Below, piece by piece: positions 1-8,558 of a stretch of 17,162 nucleotides of DNA; position 1 is the stretch's first letter, and the number at the start of each line of letters is the position of its first letter. The notes under the pieces are model-generated. The model had not been told where the DNA came from and did not search any database. It was given only the letters and a program-made list of their open reading frames with translations. The translations under genes were made by a program, and so were the position numbers. The stretch is taken from contig CBFIGT010000044.1 of the NCBI GenBank assembly GCA_965662175.1, forward strand, positions 1-17,162, read 5' to 3'. Source of the DNA: Arcobacter sp. (GTDB lineage: Bacteria; Campylobacterota; Campylobacteria; Campylobacterales; Arcobacteraceae).

Positions 1-861
1 CTTTTTATTAAAGATACTATTAAAAGTGGTATTTTATTTTTACTTGCAGGATCTGCTGTTATAGCTGGAATTTCACTTATTATTGAGAACTTTCCTATGT
101 GGTGGTTTTGGGGCTTTGTTTTTATTTTTGCTGTAATTATTTTGATAAATATGCTTTATCCAGTAATTCGTGATAAGATGTTTGATAAATTTGAGTCTTT
201 AAAAGATAAAGAGTTAGAAGCAAAAATTGAAAAACTTCTTGATAGTGTTGGCTTTAAATCATCAGGTGTTTTTCAAGTTGACGCTAGTAAAAGAGATAAT
301 AGATTAAATGCTTATTTTGGAGGTCTAGGAAGTACAAAAAGAGTTGTTTTATTTGATACTTTAGTTGAAAAACTATCTCACAATGAGTTATTGGCTGTTT
401 TAGGTCATGAATTAGGTCACTTTAAAAATGGTGATATTATTAAAAATATAGGAATCATGGGATTTGTTATGTTTGTATTTTTTGCTATTTTTGGAAATTT
501 AGGTGATGAGATATTTTTAGGACTTCATTTATCAAATGAACCATATGCAATTATTGCGGTTTTTTTGATGTTTTCTCCTATTTTATCGTTTTTTCTTATG
601 CCTTTAATTTCACTAATTTCAAGACATAATGAGTATGCAGCTGATGAATTTGGTTCAAATCTTCAAACAAAAGAGGATTTAATAAGTGCCTTATTAAAAC
701 TTGCAAATGAAAATAAATCATTTCCTTTATCTCATCCTATTTACATATTCTTTTATTATTCTCATCCGCCTTTAGTAGAGAGATTTAAAGAGTTGGGTTA
801 TGATGTTCATGCAAATGGTGATGATGCTATGAAAGATGAGTTTATTATTGATGATAAATAA
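1..861 (+). CDS. M48 family (Ste24p/HtpX-like) integral membrane zinc metallopeptidase, 5'-truncated by the window edge
   Basis: Frame is open from base 1 (LFIKDTIKSGILFLLAGSAVIAG...), so the ORF-track start at 97 is internal. HELGH (HExxH), NAYFGGLG, SRHNEYAADEF and YSHPPLVER are typical of Ste24-like M48 peptidases; several hydrophobic segments. Confidence 0.93.
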   Translation, partial: LFIKDTIKSGILFLLAGSAVIAGISLIIENFPMWWFWGFVFIFAVIILINMLYPVIRDKMFDKFESLKDKELEAKIEKLLDSVGFKSSGVFQVDASKRDNRLNAYFGGLGSTKRVVLFDTLVEKLSHNELLAVLGHELGHFKNGDIIKNIGIMGFVMFVFFAIFGNLGDEIFLGLHLSNEPYAIIAVFLMFSPILSFFLMPLISLISRHNEYAADEFGSNLQTKEDLISALLKLANENKSFPLSHPIYIFFYYSHPPLVERFKELGYDVHANGDDAMKDEFIIDDK

Positions 862-2053
862 TGAGATAATTCTTTTAGCTCTTGCTTTACTCTTTTTATC
901 TATATTGATTACATATTTTGTGACAAAATTGATATATGATAAAAAGATTTCAGCACTTAGTTATGAAAAAGATATTATCTCAAATGATTTAACTCAAAAG
1001 TTAAATTTTGAACGTATAAGATTTGAAGAGAAGTTTCAACTTTTGGAAGAGTCTAAGCATCAAATGAAACTTGAATTTGAGTCATTATCAAATAGACTTT
1101 TTGAAGAGAATTCAAAAAAATCATCATCAAATTTAAATCAACTTTTAACTCCTTTTAAAGAGCAGTTAAATAGTTTTGGTAAAAGAGTAAATGATATTTA
1201 CAATGATGAAACACAACAAAGAACCTCACTTTTAACAGAGATTAAAAATCTAAAAGAGTTAAATAACCAAATCTCACAAGATGCTATAAATCTAACAAAA
1301 GCTTTAAAAGGTGAAAACAAAACCCAAGGTGATTGGGGAGAGATGATTTTATCAAAGATTTTAGAACAAACGGGACTTAGAGAGGGAATAGAATATTCAA
1401 CTCAAGGCTCTTTTACAGATAATGAAGGCAAAAGATTAAGACCTGATGTTATTGTTCATTTACCACAAGAAAAAGATATTATTATTGATTCTAAGGTTTC
1501 ATTAGTTTCATATACAAACTATATTGAAGCCAATGATGATGAAGAAAAAGAGAGATTTTCAAAAGATTTAGTGAAATCTATTTATGCTCATATAAAAGGG
1601 TTAAGTTCTAAAAATTATGAAGATATTAAAGATATAAAAAGTTTGGATTTTGTTTTACTTTTTATTCCAATTGAGGGTGCTTTTATGTTAGCTGCATCAA
1701 AAGATTCAAATCTATTTAAAACAGCCTTTGAAAGTAATATTATGCTTGTATCTCCATCCACTCTATTTGTAACATTAAGAACTATTGAAAATATTTGGCG
1801 ATATGAACATCAAAATGAAAATGCTTTAATTATCTCAAAAAAAGCTGCTGATTTATATGATAAGTTTGCCTCTTTTGTAAAAGATATTGAGTATATTGGA
1901 ACACATCTTGAAAGAACTAAAAAATCTTATGATGATGCTATAAATAAATTAAGTGTTGGAAAAGGAAATCTTTTACGAAGAGCTGCTGAGTTTGAAGAGC
2001 TTGGGGTAAAAGCTAAAAAAAGTATTGATGAACAAAAACTCTTAGGAGAGTAG
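851..2053 (+). CDS. rmuC: DNA recombination protein RmuC
   Basis: N-terminal TM helix, long coiled coil, then NKTQGDWGEMIL, RPDVIVHLP, IIIDSKVSL, LDFVLLFIPIEGAF, VSPSTL motifs. Start is either 836 (ORF track) or the in-frame ATG at 851; both overlap the upstream gene end. Confidence 0.93.
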   Translation: MINNEIILLALALLFLSILITYFVTKLIYDKKISALSYEKDIISNDLTQKLNFERIRFEEKFQLLEESKHQMKLEFESLSNRLFEENSKKSSSNLNQLLTPFKEQLNSFGKRVNDIYNDETQQRTSLLTEIKNLKELNNQISQDAINLTKALKGENKTQGDWGEMILSKILEQTGLREGIEYSTQGSFTDNEGKRLRPDVIVHLPQEKDIIIDSKVSLVSYTNYIEANDDEEKERFSKDLVKSIYAHIKGLSSKNYEDIKDIKSLDFVLLFIPIEGAFMLAASKDSNLFKTAFESNIMLVSPSTLFVTLRTIENIWRYEHQNENALIISKKAADLYDKFASFVKDIEYIGTHLERTKKSYDDAINKLSVGKGNLLRRAAEFEELGVKAKKSIDEQKLLGE

Positions 2054-2054
2054 T

Positions 2055-3170
2055 ATGGAACTATTTTTAAAATTTGCAGAGAATTTTTTGACACTTTTAG
2101 ATGCAATGAGTATTTATGTTATTTTTGGACTTCTAATAGCTGGAATTTTAAAACAAATTATTCCTGATAATTTTGTTTCATCTCATTTAGGAAAAGATTC
2201 TACAGCTTCTGTTGTAAAAGCAACCATTTTTGGAATACCACTTCCTGTTTGTTCTTGCTCTGTTTTGCCTTTAGCACAAGGTTTGAAAAAAGAGGGTGCT
2301 AGTAAGGGTGCTGTTCAGAGTTTTTTAATCTCAACACCTATTACGGGAGTTGACTCAATCTTAGCAACATTCTCATTTTTTGGTTTGATTTTTACAGTTT
2401 TTAGAGTAATTAGTTCAGTTTTAATTGCTATTATTGTTGGATTAATTCAAAATATATTTGAAGAAAAAGAGAAAAAAGTTGAAGAAAAACCTAAATTCCA
2501 AGCTTTCAAACAAAATAATAGCTTTAGTGTGAATAGTGGCTTTAGCACAAGTAAAACTACAGCTAAAATAGAAGAGGGAAGTTCTTGTTGTAGTAGTAGC
2601 TCTTGTTGTGACAGTAAAGTTGATAAAAAGGGATTTTCTTTTGTTTCAGCTTTAAAATATGGATATGGAACACTTTTTCAAGATATGGCTAAATCTTTAC
2701 TTATAGGTCTTATTTTAGGTGCTTTATTTACTACTTTTATTCCACAAGAGTATGCAAAACTTTTATTTGATAATCAATATCTTACATATTTTGTAATTTT
2801 ATTATTTGCTATTCCTTTATATACCTGTGCAACTGCCTCTTTACCTATTGCTGCTTCTTTGATGCTAAGTGGTATGAGTGGAGGAGCTGCTTTTATATTT
2901 TTAACAGCAGGACCTGCTACTAGTGCTGTTACTATGAGTGTTGTATATAAAATGCTAGGACGTACTTCTTTGATAATTTATATCTCTACAATAGCTATTT
3001 TATCTTTGATTTTTGGTATTATTTTTGATACTTTTTTTGCTAATTTAAATATATTAAATATTTCTCATGATATGGATGAAGCAAATCTTTTTAAATCATT
3101 AGCATCTTCAATAATGTTGGTTTTAATATTTTATCATCTTTTTAAATCAAAATTTAAGAAAAAAGCTTAA
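2055..3170 (+). CDS. SO_0444/ArsP (DUF318) family permease, putative metal/metalloid efflux
   Basis: Two internally repeated halves with GIPLPVCSCSVLP and IPLYTCATASLP, STPITGVDS and FLTAGPAT motifs, many TM helices, central hydrophilic loop containing CCSSSSCC. Confidence 0.85.
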   Translation: MELFLKFAENFLTLLDAMSIYVIFGLLIAGILKQIIPDNFVSSHLGKDSTASVVKATIFGIPLPVCSCSVLPLAQGLKKEGASKGAVQSFLISTPITGVDSILATFSFFGLIFTVFRVISSVLIAIIVGLIQNIFEEKEKKVEEKPKFQAFKQNNSFSVNSGFSTSKTTAKIEEGSSCCSSSSCCDSKVDKKGFSFVSALKYGYGTLFQDMAKSLLIGLILGALFTTFIPQEYAKLLFDNQYLTYFVILLFAIPLYTCATASLPIAASLMLSGMSGGAAFIFLTAGPATSAVTMSVVYKMLGRTSLIIYISTIAILSLIFGIIFDTFFANLNILNISHDMDEANLFKSLASSIMLVLIFYHLFKSKFKKKA

Positions 3171-3171
3171 T

Positions 3172-3714
3172 ATGGTTTTAGATAAGAGTTTAGATAACAA
3201 TGAGCGTTTTGTTCAAAACTTTAGATACTACAATTCATCTGTTAAGGGTAAAGAGAATAGAGAATTGATAATAGTTTCTGTATCAATTTTAGATAATATT
3301 TTAGATGAAATCTTAAAAGAAAAAATGAGTATAAATGAAAATAGCATAATTCAAATACCAAGAGTTTCTTATCTTACTAAAGTAGATTTATGTTATAAAA
3401 TGAGATTTATTGAAAGTTCATTACAAAAAACTCTTCATCTATATGGACAATTAGTGGATAATTTTACAAAAAAAGATTCATTAAATAGTTTTAATGAGTT
3501 ATCAGTTCAAACAAATATTTTAGAGTTATGTAAATTAAATGATAATGAGATGTTTAGGCTAATATTAAAGCTTATATCAAAAGATGAAAGAGTAGAAAAA
3601 GAGTATTCTAAAATTGAAGAATTAATAGTAGATATTGGTTGGTCAAATGTTGTGAAATTTATTTGTTCAATAATCCAAGCCTCATTAATAGAGGCTTTGA
3701 TTAAAATAAAATAG
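3172..3714 (+). CDS. Hypothetical helical protein, possibly a degenerate MtlR/HEPN-like family member
   Basis: 180-aa ORF one base after the previous stop. ENRELIIVSVSILDNILDEIL and SYLTKVDLCYKMRFI...LHL resemble MtlR-family segments by eye only. Confidence 0.55.
   Translation: MVLDKSLDNNERFVQNFRYYNSSVKGKENRELIIVSVSILDNILDEILKEKMSINENSIIQIPRVSYLTKVDLCYKMRFIESSLQKTLHLYGQLVDNFTKKDSLNSFNELSVQTNILELCKLNDNEMFRLILKLISKDERVEKEYSKIEELIVDIGWSNVVKFICSIIQASLIEALIKIK
3671..3703. terminator. Hairpin inside the 3' end of the MtlR-like gene; possible terminator for the convergent moeA transcript
   Basis: TAATC-C-AAGCCTC ATTAATA GAGGCTT-T-GATTA: 7-bp stem plus 5 bp after one mismatch, 12 nt past the stop of the minus-strand gene. 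U-tract is weak. Confidence 0.35.
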
Positions 3715-3715
3715 T

Positions 3716-4246
3716 CTATTGTTTGTTTGCCATTCCATAAAATTTGTATATAAAATAGACTCTATTTGTATTTTCTATGAAACCCCATTCTCTATAATTT
3801 TTTTCATCAACTTTTTTAAATCTTTTTAAAGAAGAGTTAGAAAAGAAAGGATTCAAAATTTTTGAGCATTTATTTACATCCTCTAATGGTTTTATAATTT
3901 CACTGTTTTTTAAGCCTAAAGTAGAAAATAATTTTTTATCCATCTCGTTTATTTCAAAACTAGCACAAGAATAATAGCGAGCTTTGCTATTCATCAAAGA
4001 TGTATATTTGTCTATTATTTTTATATCTTCACTAAAGTTTATATCTGAAGCTTTTGTTAAGTGATTAACATAATAACTATCCCTTGGAAAAAATACTTCA
4101 TAGCTTATTACACCATAAGAAATCCATATTAAAATAAGCGCATATTTAATTAAAGGTTTAAAATTCCAATATTTGATTGTTGCTAAAATAGGTAAAGCAA
4201 TTAAAAATATTATTGCTAATAAAATTAGTATAATTTGTTCTAACAT
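3716..4246 (-). CDS. Hypothetical membrane protein with two N-terminal hydrophobic helices and a soluble domain
   Basis: 176-aa ORF whose ATG overlaps the moeA stop by one base (TAATG), suggesting translational coupling. Two Cys in the soluble part. Confidence 0.7.
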   Translation of the reverse strand: MLEQIILILLAIIFLIALPILATIKYWNFKPLIKYALILIWISYGVISYEVFFPRDSYYVNHLTKASDINFSEDIKIIDKYTSLMNSKARYYSCASFEINEMDKKLFSTLGLKNSEIIKPLEDVNKCSKILNPFFSNSSLKRFKKVDEKNYREWGFIENTNRVYFIYKFYGMANKQ

Positions 4247-5466
4247 TAATTAAGCTCATTTAAAAGTAGAATATCGACAAAATCACCACTTTTTATATCT
4301 TCACTCTTCTCATCTTGTATCAGTAGGGCAGGGCTTCCTAGCATATTAGTTAAAATTGCACTTGTTCCTTGTTTTTTACCCTCAAAATCGATTTTATACT
4401 CATTATCTCCATACTTTACATTGCAAGCTGTAAAAATTGTTTTTTTCATTTTTCTTGGAAAATCTTGATTTATTCTAGCTTTTACAATTGGAAGTTTTTT
4501 ATTTGCTCCCTCATATTTGTAAATAAGTGGTAACATGTATAAAATAGCACAAACAGTAGATGAATAAGCAAATCCAGGTAAAGCAATAATTACTTTATTA
4601 TCTTTTAAAGCAACTAGCATATGCATACCTGGTTTTATATTAACACCATGAAATAGAACTTCAGCTTTTAGTTTCTCTTTTATAACATCTTGTACAAAAT
4701 CATAATCACCAACAGAAACACCACCTGTAGTAACAATAATATCAGCCTTATTTAAACCTGTTTCTAATAGTGCAGTAATTGAGTCAATATCATCTTCAAT
4801 TACACCCATTTGTATTGTATTTGCACCTGCTTTTTTAGCTAATGCTTCTACAGTTAAGTGATTAGAACTTCTAATTTGTGAATCATTAGTTTGCTCTTCA
4901 CCTAAATCAAGTATTTCACTACCTGTACTAGCAATTGCAACTGTAGGCATACAGTAAACACTAGCTTGACTTATATTTAAAGAGGCCATTACACCAATTT
5001 CAGCAAAACCTATAACTGTTCCCTCTTTAATTAAAACTTCATCTTTTTTATAGTTTTCACCTATGTCTCTAATTGCAAAGCCATTTGGAACTTTTTTTAT
5101 AACTTTTATCTCATTACCAACAACTTCAACATTCTCTATTGGAATTAAACATTCACTACCCTCAGGCATAAGTGAGCCTGTAAAAGTTTTAATACAAACA
5201 CCATTTTCAACCTTTGATTCTACAACAGAACCAGCAGGATTTTTATCAATTATCTTGATACTTGATAACTCTTGATTTTCAAATTTTATTGCATAACCAT
5301 CCATTGCTGAAGTTTTATATGCCGGTGAATTATCATTCGCTATAATGTCGCTAGATAGCGTTCTTCCGAGCGCATTGCTCAAAAAAATCTTTTCCTTAGC
5401 TTTTACTTTAAAAATAACACTATTTATAATCTTTAAAGACTCTTCATAATTTATAAAATTTCTCAT
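4246..5466 (-). CDS. moeA: Molybdopterin molybdotransferase MoeA
   Basis: SAMDGYA, TFTGSLMPEG, STGSEI, IRSSN, TTGGVSVGDYDFV, IKPG and LPG motifs; 406 aa; SD-like GGGAGA upstream on the minus strand. Confidence 0.96.
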   Translation of the reverse strand: MRNFINYEESLKIINSVIFKVKAKEKIFLSNALGRTLSSDIIANDNSPAYKTSAMDGYAIKFENQELSSIKIIDKNPAGSVVESKVENGVCIKTFTGSLMPEGSECLIPIENVEVVGNEIKVIKKVPNGFAIRDIGENYKKDEVLIKEGTVIGFAEIGVMASLNISQASVYCMPTVAIASTGSEILDLGEEQTNDSQIRSSNHLTVEALAKKAGANTIQMGVIEDDIDSITALLETGLNKADIIVTTGGVSVGDYDFVQDVIKEKLKAEVLFHGVNIKPGMHMLVALKDNKVIIALPGFAYSSTVCAILYMLPLIYKYEGANKKLPIVKARINQDFPRKMKKTIFTACNVKYGDNEYKIDFEGKKQGTSAILTNMLGSPALLIQDEKSEDIKSGDFVDILLLNELN

Positions 5467-5608
5467 AAACTTCTCCCTAATTATTGGTAAAATATTATCA
5501 TAATGTTCACAAAAAGTAACTTTATAAAGAGTTATATTAATACTTTTGTCCCTTTAAATAGCATTTGCATAGCAAATCGATGAATTTTGAAAATATTAGA
5601 AAATAATA

Positions 5609-5622
5609 TTGACTTAAATCAA
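5609..5622. promoter_or_regulatory. Candidate Crp/Fnr-family binding site TTGA-N6-TCAA in the divergent moeA/soxC region
   Basis: TTGACTTAAATCAA, one mismatch from the FNR box TTGAT-N4-ATCAA. TTGACT could alternatively be a -35 element. Confidence 0.45.
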
Positions 5623-5740
5623 AAAAATAGTAATAATAATGCAACGATTATATAATATCTAATTATATAATGGCTGTTTATAATATCTATAAGTATAAGT
5701 AATTTTGTAAATAATTGTATGTTTATTTATAAGTTCTATT

Positions 5741-5768
5741 TATACTTGTTCAATTATCATGAGGAGGA
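5741..5768 (+). promoter_or_regulatory. Candidate -10 element and ribosome-binding site of soxC
   Basis: TATACT at 5741-5746 and GAGGAGGA at 5761-5768 before ATG 5772. Other TATAAT hexamers lie further upstream, so the true -10 is uncertain. Confidence 0.4.
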
Positions 5769-5771
5769 TAA

Positions 5772-7097
5772 ATGACAAGTAAGACTAACAGTTTAAAAGA
5801 GAGTCTACCTGCTACTAATGAAGAAAAACTTAGTAGAAGAAATTTCTTTAAAAAAACTGCTATCTATTCCGCTGGTGCAATCGCAGCAGCAAATGTTTTA
5901 GCTCCAGTAAAAGTTAAAGCAGACGATGTAAATATTGTTGATCATGTTGAATGGGGAACAAAATTAGGTGATATCTTAGATAAAAACCTATATGGTGTAC
6001 CATCTCCATACGAGCATAATAATATTAGAAGAATTCATGATTTATTATCTTCGGGTGATAGATATGCTACAGTTTCTATGTCTCCATTACATCAACAACA
6101 AGGTATTATTACACCTAATGGTTTATTTTTCTGTAGAAGTCATGGTGGTGTTGCTCAAATTGACCCAAATAAATATAGATTAATGATTCATGGTCTTGTT
6201 GAAAAACCAATTGTTTTAACTTTAGAACAATTAAAAAGATACCCAAGTGAAAGTAGAATCCACTTTATCGAGTGTCCAGCAAATGGTTCAACTGGATGGA
6301 GAGGACCACAATTTAATAATTTACAATTTGTTAAAGGTATGATGAGTAGTGCTGAATGGACAGGTGTTAAACTATCTGTTATTTTAGAAGATTTAGGTCT
6401 TAAACCAGAAGCACAATGGATGTTAGCTGAGGGTAGTGATAACTCTGAAATGGGTAGAACAATACCTGTTGAAAAAGCTTTAGATGATGCTATGCTTGTA
6501 TGGGGACAAAATGGTGAGCCATTAAGACCTGAACAAGGATATCCTGTTAGATTATTAGTTCCAGGTTGGGAAGGTAACTTAAATGTTAAATGGTTAAAAA
6601 GATTAGAATTTTCTGATAAACCATGGCATTCAAAAGAAGAAACATCTAAATATACTATGTTACAAGCAAATGGAAAAGCTATTAATTTCTTTTGGCCTAT
6701 GGAAGTAAACTCAATAATTACTTCACCATGTCCTGAATTACCTTGGTCTGATTTAAAAATTGGACAAAAAGTTGAAATTGAGGGAATTGCATGGTCAGGA
6801 AGAGGTACAATTAAAACTGTTGATATCTCTTTAGATGGTGGTAAAAATTGGATTGAAGCTCCATTAAAAGGTTTAGTATTACCTAAATCTTGGACTAGAT
6901 TCTCTTACATTATAGAGTGGGATGGAAAAGAAAAAGTACTTCTTAGCCGTGCTATTGATGATTCAGGACATATTCAACCATCTATTGATAAATTAATAGA
7001 AAATGTTGGTGTTGAAGGAATTTATCATAGAAATCCTATTGTAGGATGGGAAGTTACATCAAAAGGAGTAGTTAATAATGTTCACGTTAGAAGTTAA
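5772..7097 (+). CDS. soxC: Sulfane dehydrogenase molybdoprotein subunit SoxC
   Basis: Tat motif SRRNFFK; ITPNGLFF, FIECPANG (Mo-ligating Cys), NGEPLRPEQGYPVRLLVPGWEG, VKWL, GIAWSGRG of the sulfite oxidase family; followed by a soxD-like cytochrome. Confidence 0.96.
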   Translation: MTSKTNSLKESLPATNEEKLSRRNFFKKTAIYSAGAIAAANVLAPVKVKADDVNIVDHVEWGTKLGDILDKNLYGVPSPYEHNNIRRIHDLLSSGDRYATVSMSPLHQQQGIITPNGLFFCRSHGGVAQIDPNKYRLMIHGLVEKPIVLTLEQLKRYPSESRIHFIECPANGSTGWRGPQFNNLQFVKGMMSSAEWTGVKLSVILEDLGLKPEAQWMLAEGSDNSEMGRTIPVEKALDDAMLVWGQNGEPLRPEQGYPVRLLVPGWEGNLNVKWLKRLEFSDKPWHSKEETSKYTMLQANGKAINFFWPMEVNSIITSPCPELPWSDLKIGQKVEIEGIAWSGRGTIKTVDISLDGGKNWIEAPLKGLVLPKSWTRFSYIIEWDGKEKVLLSRAIDDSGHIQPSIDKLIENVGVEGIYHRNPIVGWEVTSKGVVNNVHVRS

Positions 7098-8166
7098 AAA
7101 AGCTTTAGTAGGTGTAAGTGCAGCTGCAGCAATTTTCTTAACTGGATGTGTTGATGCTGGAACTCCATCTTCAACTACTACTTTAAAAAAGAATATTGAT
7201 GGTGCTGTAATTTATCCAGTTAAAGATAGTAAATATACTGCATATCATGTAAATACTCAAGATAAATCAGGTTTTTCAAGCTTTGGTAGAGCACCAAGTG
7301 AAAACGAGATAAAAGCTTGGGATACAGATGTAATGTTTGATAATACAGGTCTTCCTGAGGGTGAAGGTTCTGTTGAAATGGGTGATGAACTTTATCACGC
7401 TCAATGTGCAATGTGTCATGGTGACTTTGGTGTTGGTGGAAAAGGTTATCCTCCTTTAGAGGGTGGTGTTGGAACACTTAAATATCAATTAGGTGTAAAT
7501 GGTTCAGAAGCACCTAGAAGAACAATTGGTTCTTATTGGCCATATGCAAGTACACTTTTTTGGTATATTAAAACAGCAATGCCATTTCCAGCTCCAAAAT
7601 CTTTATCAGATGATGAAGTTTATGCTATTACTGCCTATTTATTAGCAGTTAATGGAATAAAAGTAGATGGCAAAGAGATGGATGATGAATTTGTATTAGG
7701 AAAAGATAACTTTGATGGTATTAAAATGAGAAATACTGATGGTTTTTATCCTGTACATCCAGATAGAAACGACCTTAAAGAACAAAGACCTCCATTAGCA
7801 CAAGGTGAAAGATGTATGTCTAATTGTGAGCAACCAGGTGTTGTAAGAATTAAACAAGAGATTGAAGGATTTTTCCCTCCAATAGCTACTGAAAAATCTT
7901 TACCTGAGCCTGTAAATGGAGCTGAAAAATCAGCTGCTGAAGTTTCATATGATAATTATTGTGCAGCGTGTCATGCAAATGATGCAATTGGTGCACCTGT
8001 TGTTGGAAATAAAGAAGCTTGGGCTGAAGTTATGACTAAAGGAATCGACGAAGTTTATGCAAACGGAATCAACGGAATTAATGCTATGCCTCCAAAAGGT
8101 GGGATGGATATGTCTGATGATGAGTTTAAAGCTATTGTTGATTATATGATTAACGCAAGCAAATAA
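7078..8166 (+). CDS. soxD: Diheme cytochrome c SoxD with lipoprotein-type signal peptide
   Basis: CAMCH and CAACH heme motifs; FGRAPS..EIKAWD and TIGSYWPYASTLFWYIKTAMPF signatures; C-terminal c5-like domain (GINAMPPKGG); lipobox LTGC; AAGGAG SD; 20-nt overlap with soxC. Confidence 0.94.
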   Translation: MFTLEVKKALVGVSAAAAIFLTGCVDAGTPSSTTTLKKNIDGAVIYPVKDSKYTAYHVNTQDKSGFSSFGRAPSENEIKAWDTDVMFDNTGLPEGEGSVEMGDELYHAQCAMCHGDFGVGGKGYPPLEGGVGTLKYQLGVNGSEAPRRTIGSYWPYASTLFWYIKTAMPFPAPKSLSDDEVYAITAYLLAVNGIKVDGKEMDDEFVLGKDNFDGIKMRNTDGFYPVHPDRNDLKEQRPPLAQGERCMSNCEQPGVVRIKQEIEGFFPPIATEKSLPEPVNGAEKSAAEVSYDNYCAACHANDAIGAPVVGNKEAWAEVMTKGIDEVYANGINGINAMPPKGGMDMSDDEFKAIVDYMINASK

Positions 8167-8178
8167 AAAGGAGAATAG

Positions 8179-8535
8179 ATGAAATTGATAAAAAACATTT
8201 TAATAGCATCTGCTGTTAGTGGTTTACTAGCAACTAGTGCAATGGCAAACGAAGATTTAGTAGCAAAAGGTGAAAAAGTTTTTAACTCTAAAAATCTTGG
8301 TAACTGTTTAGCATGTCATGCAGTAAGCGGTAAAAATATTGATGGACCTGGAAGCATGGGACCAAAATTAGTTGGACTTGCTTATTGGGATGAGCAAACA
8401 CTTTATGATACTGTTTATGATATTTATAGTGCAAGAGGTGCTGAAACAACATCAATGCCAGCATTTGGTAAATCTGGTTGGTTAAGTGATGGTGAAATTA
8501 AAGCAGTAGTTGCTTACTTAAAAACAATTAATTAA
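8179..8535 (+). CDS. soxX: Monoheme cytochrome c SoxX
   Basis: Sec signal, GNCLACH, GSMGPKL, SMPAFG, LSDGEIKAVVAYL; AAGGAG SD; position in the cluster. Confidence 0.95.
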   Translation: MKLIKNILIASAVSGLLATSAMANEDLVAKGEKVFNSKNLGNCLACHAVSGKNIDGPGSMGPKLVGLAYWDEQTLYDTVYDIYSARGAETTSMPAFGKSGWLSDGEIKAVVAYLKTIN

Positions 8536-8558
8536 TATATTTTGAAAAAGGAAAAAAA

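Noticed and set aside
5063..5275. 70-aa plus-strand ORF
   Set aside because: Antisense shadow entirely within moeA; no recognisable motif.
5992..6183. 63-aa alternative-frame ORF
   Set aside because: Nested in soxC; composition typical of an off-frame reading.
7220..7477. 85-aa His/Gln-rich minus-strand ORF
   Set aside because: Antisense to soxD; the His/Gln richness is a by-product of GGT/GAT/GTT-rich codons on the coding strand.
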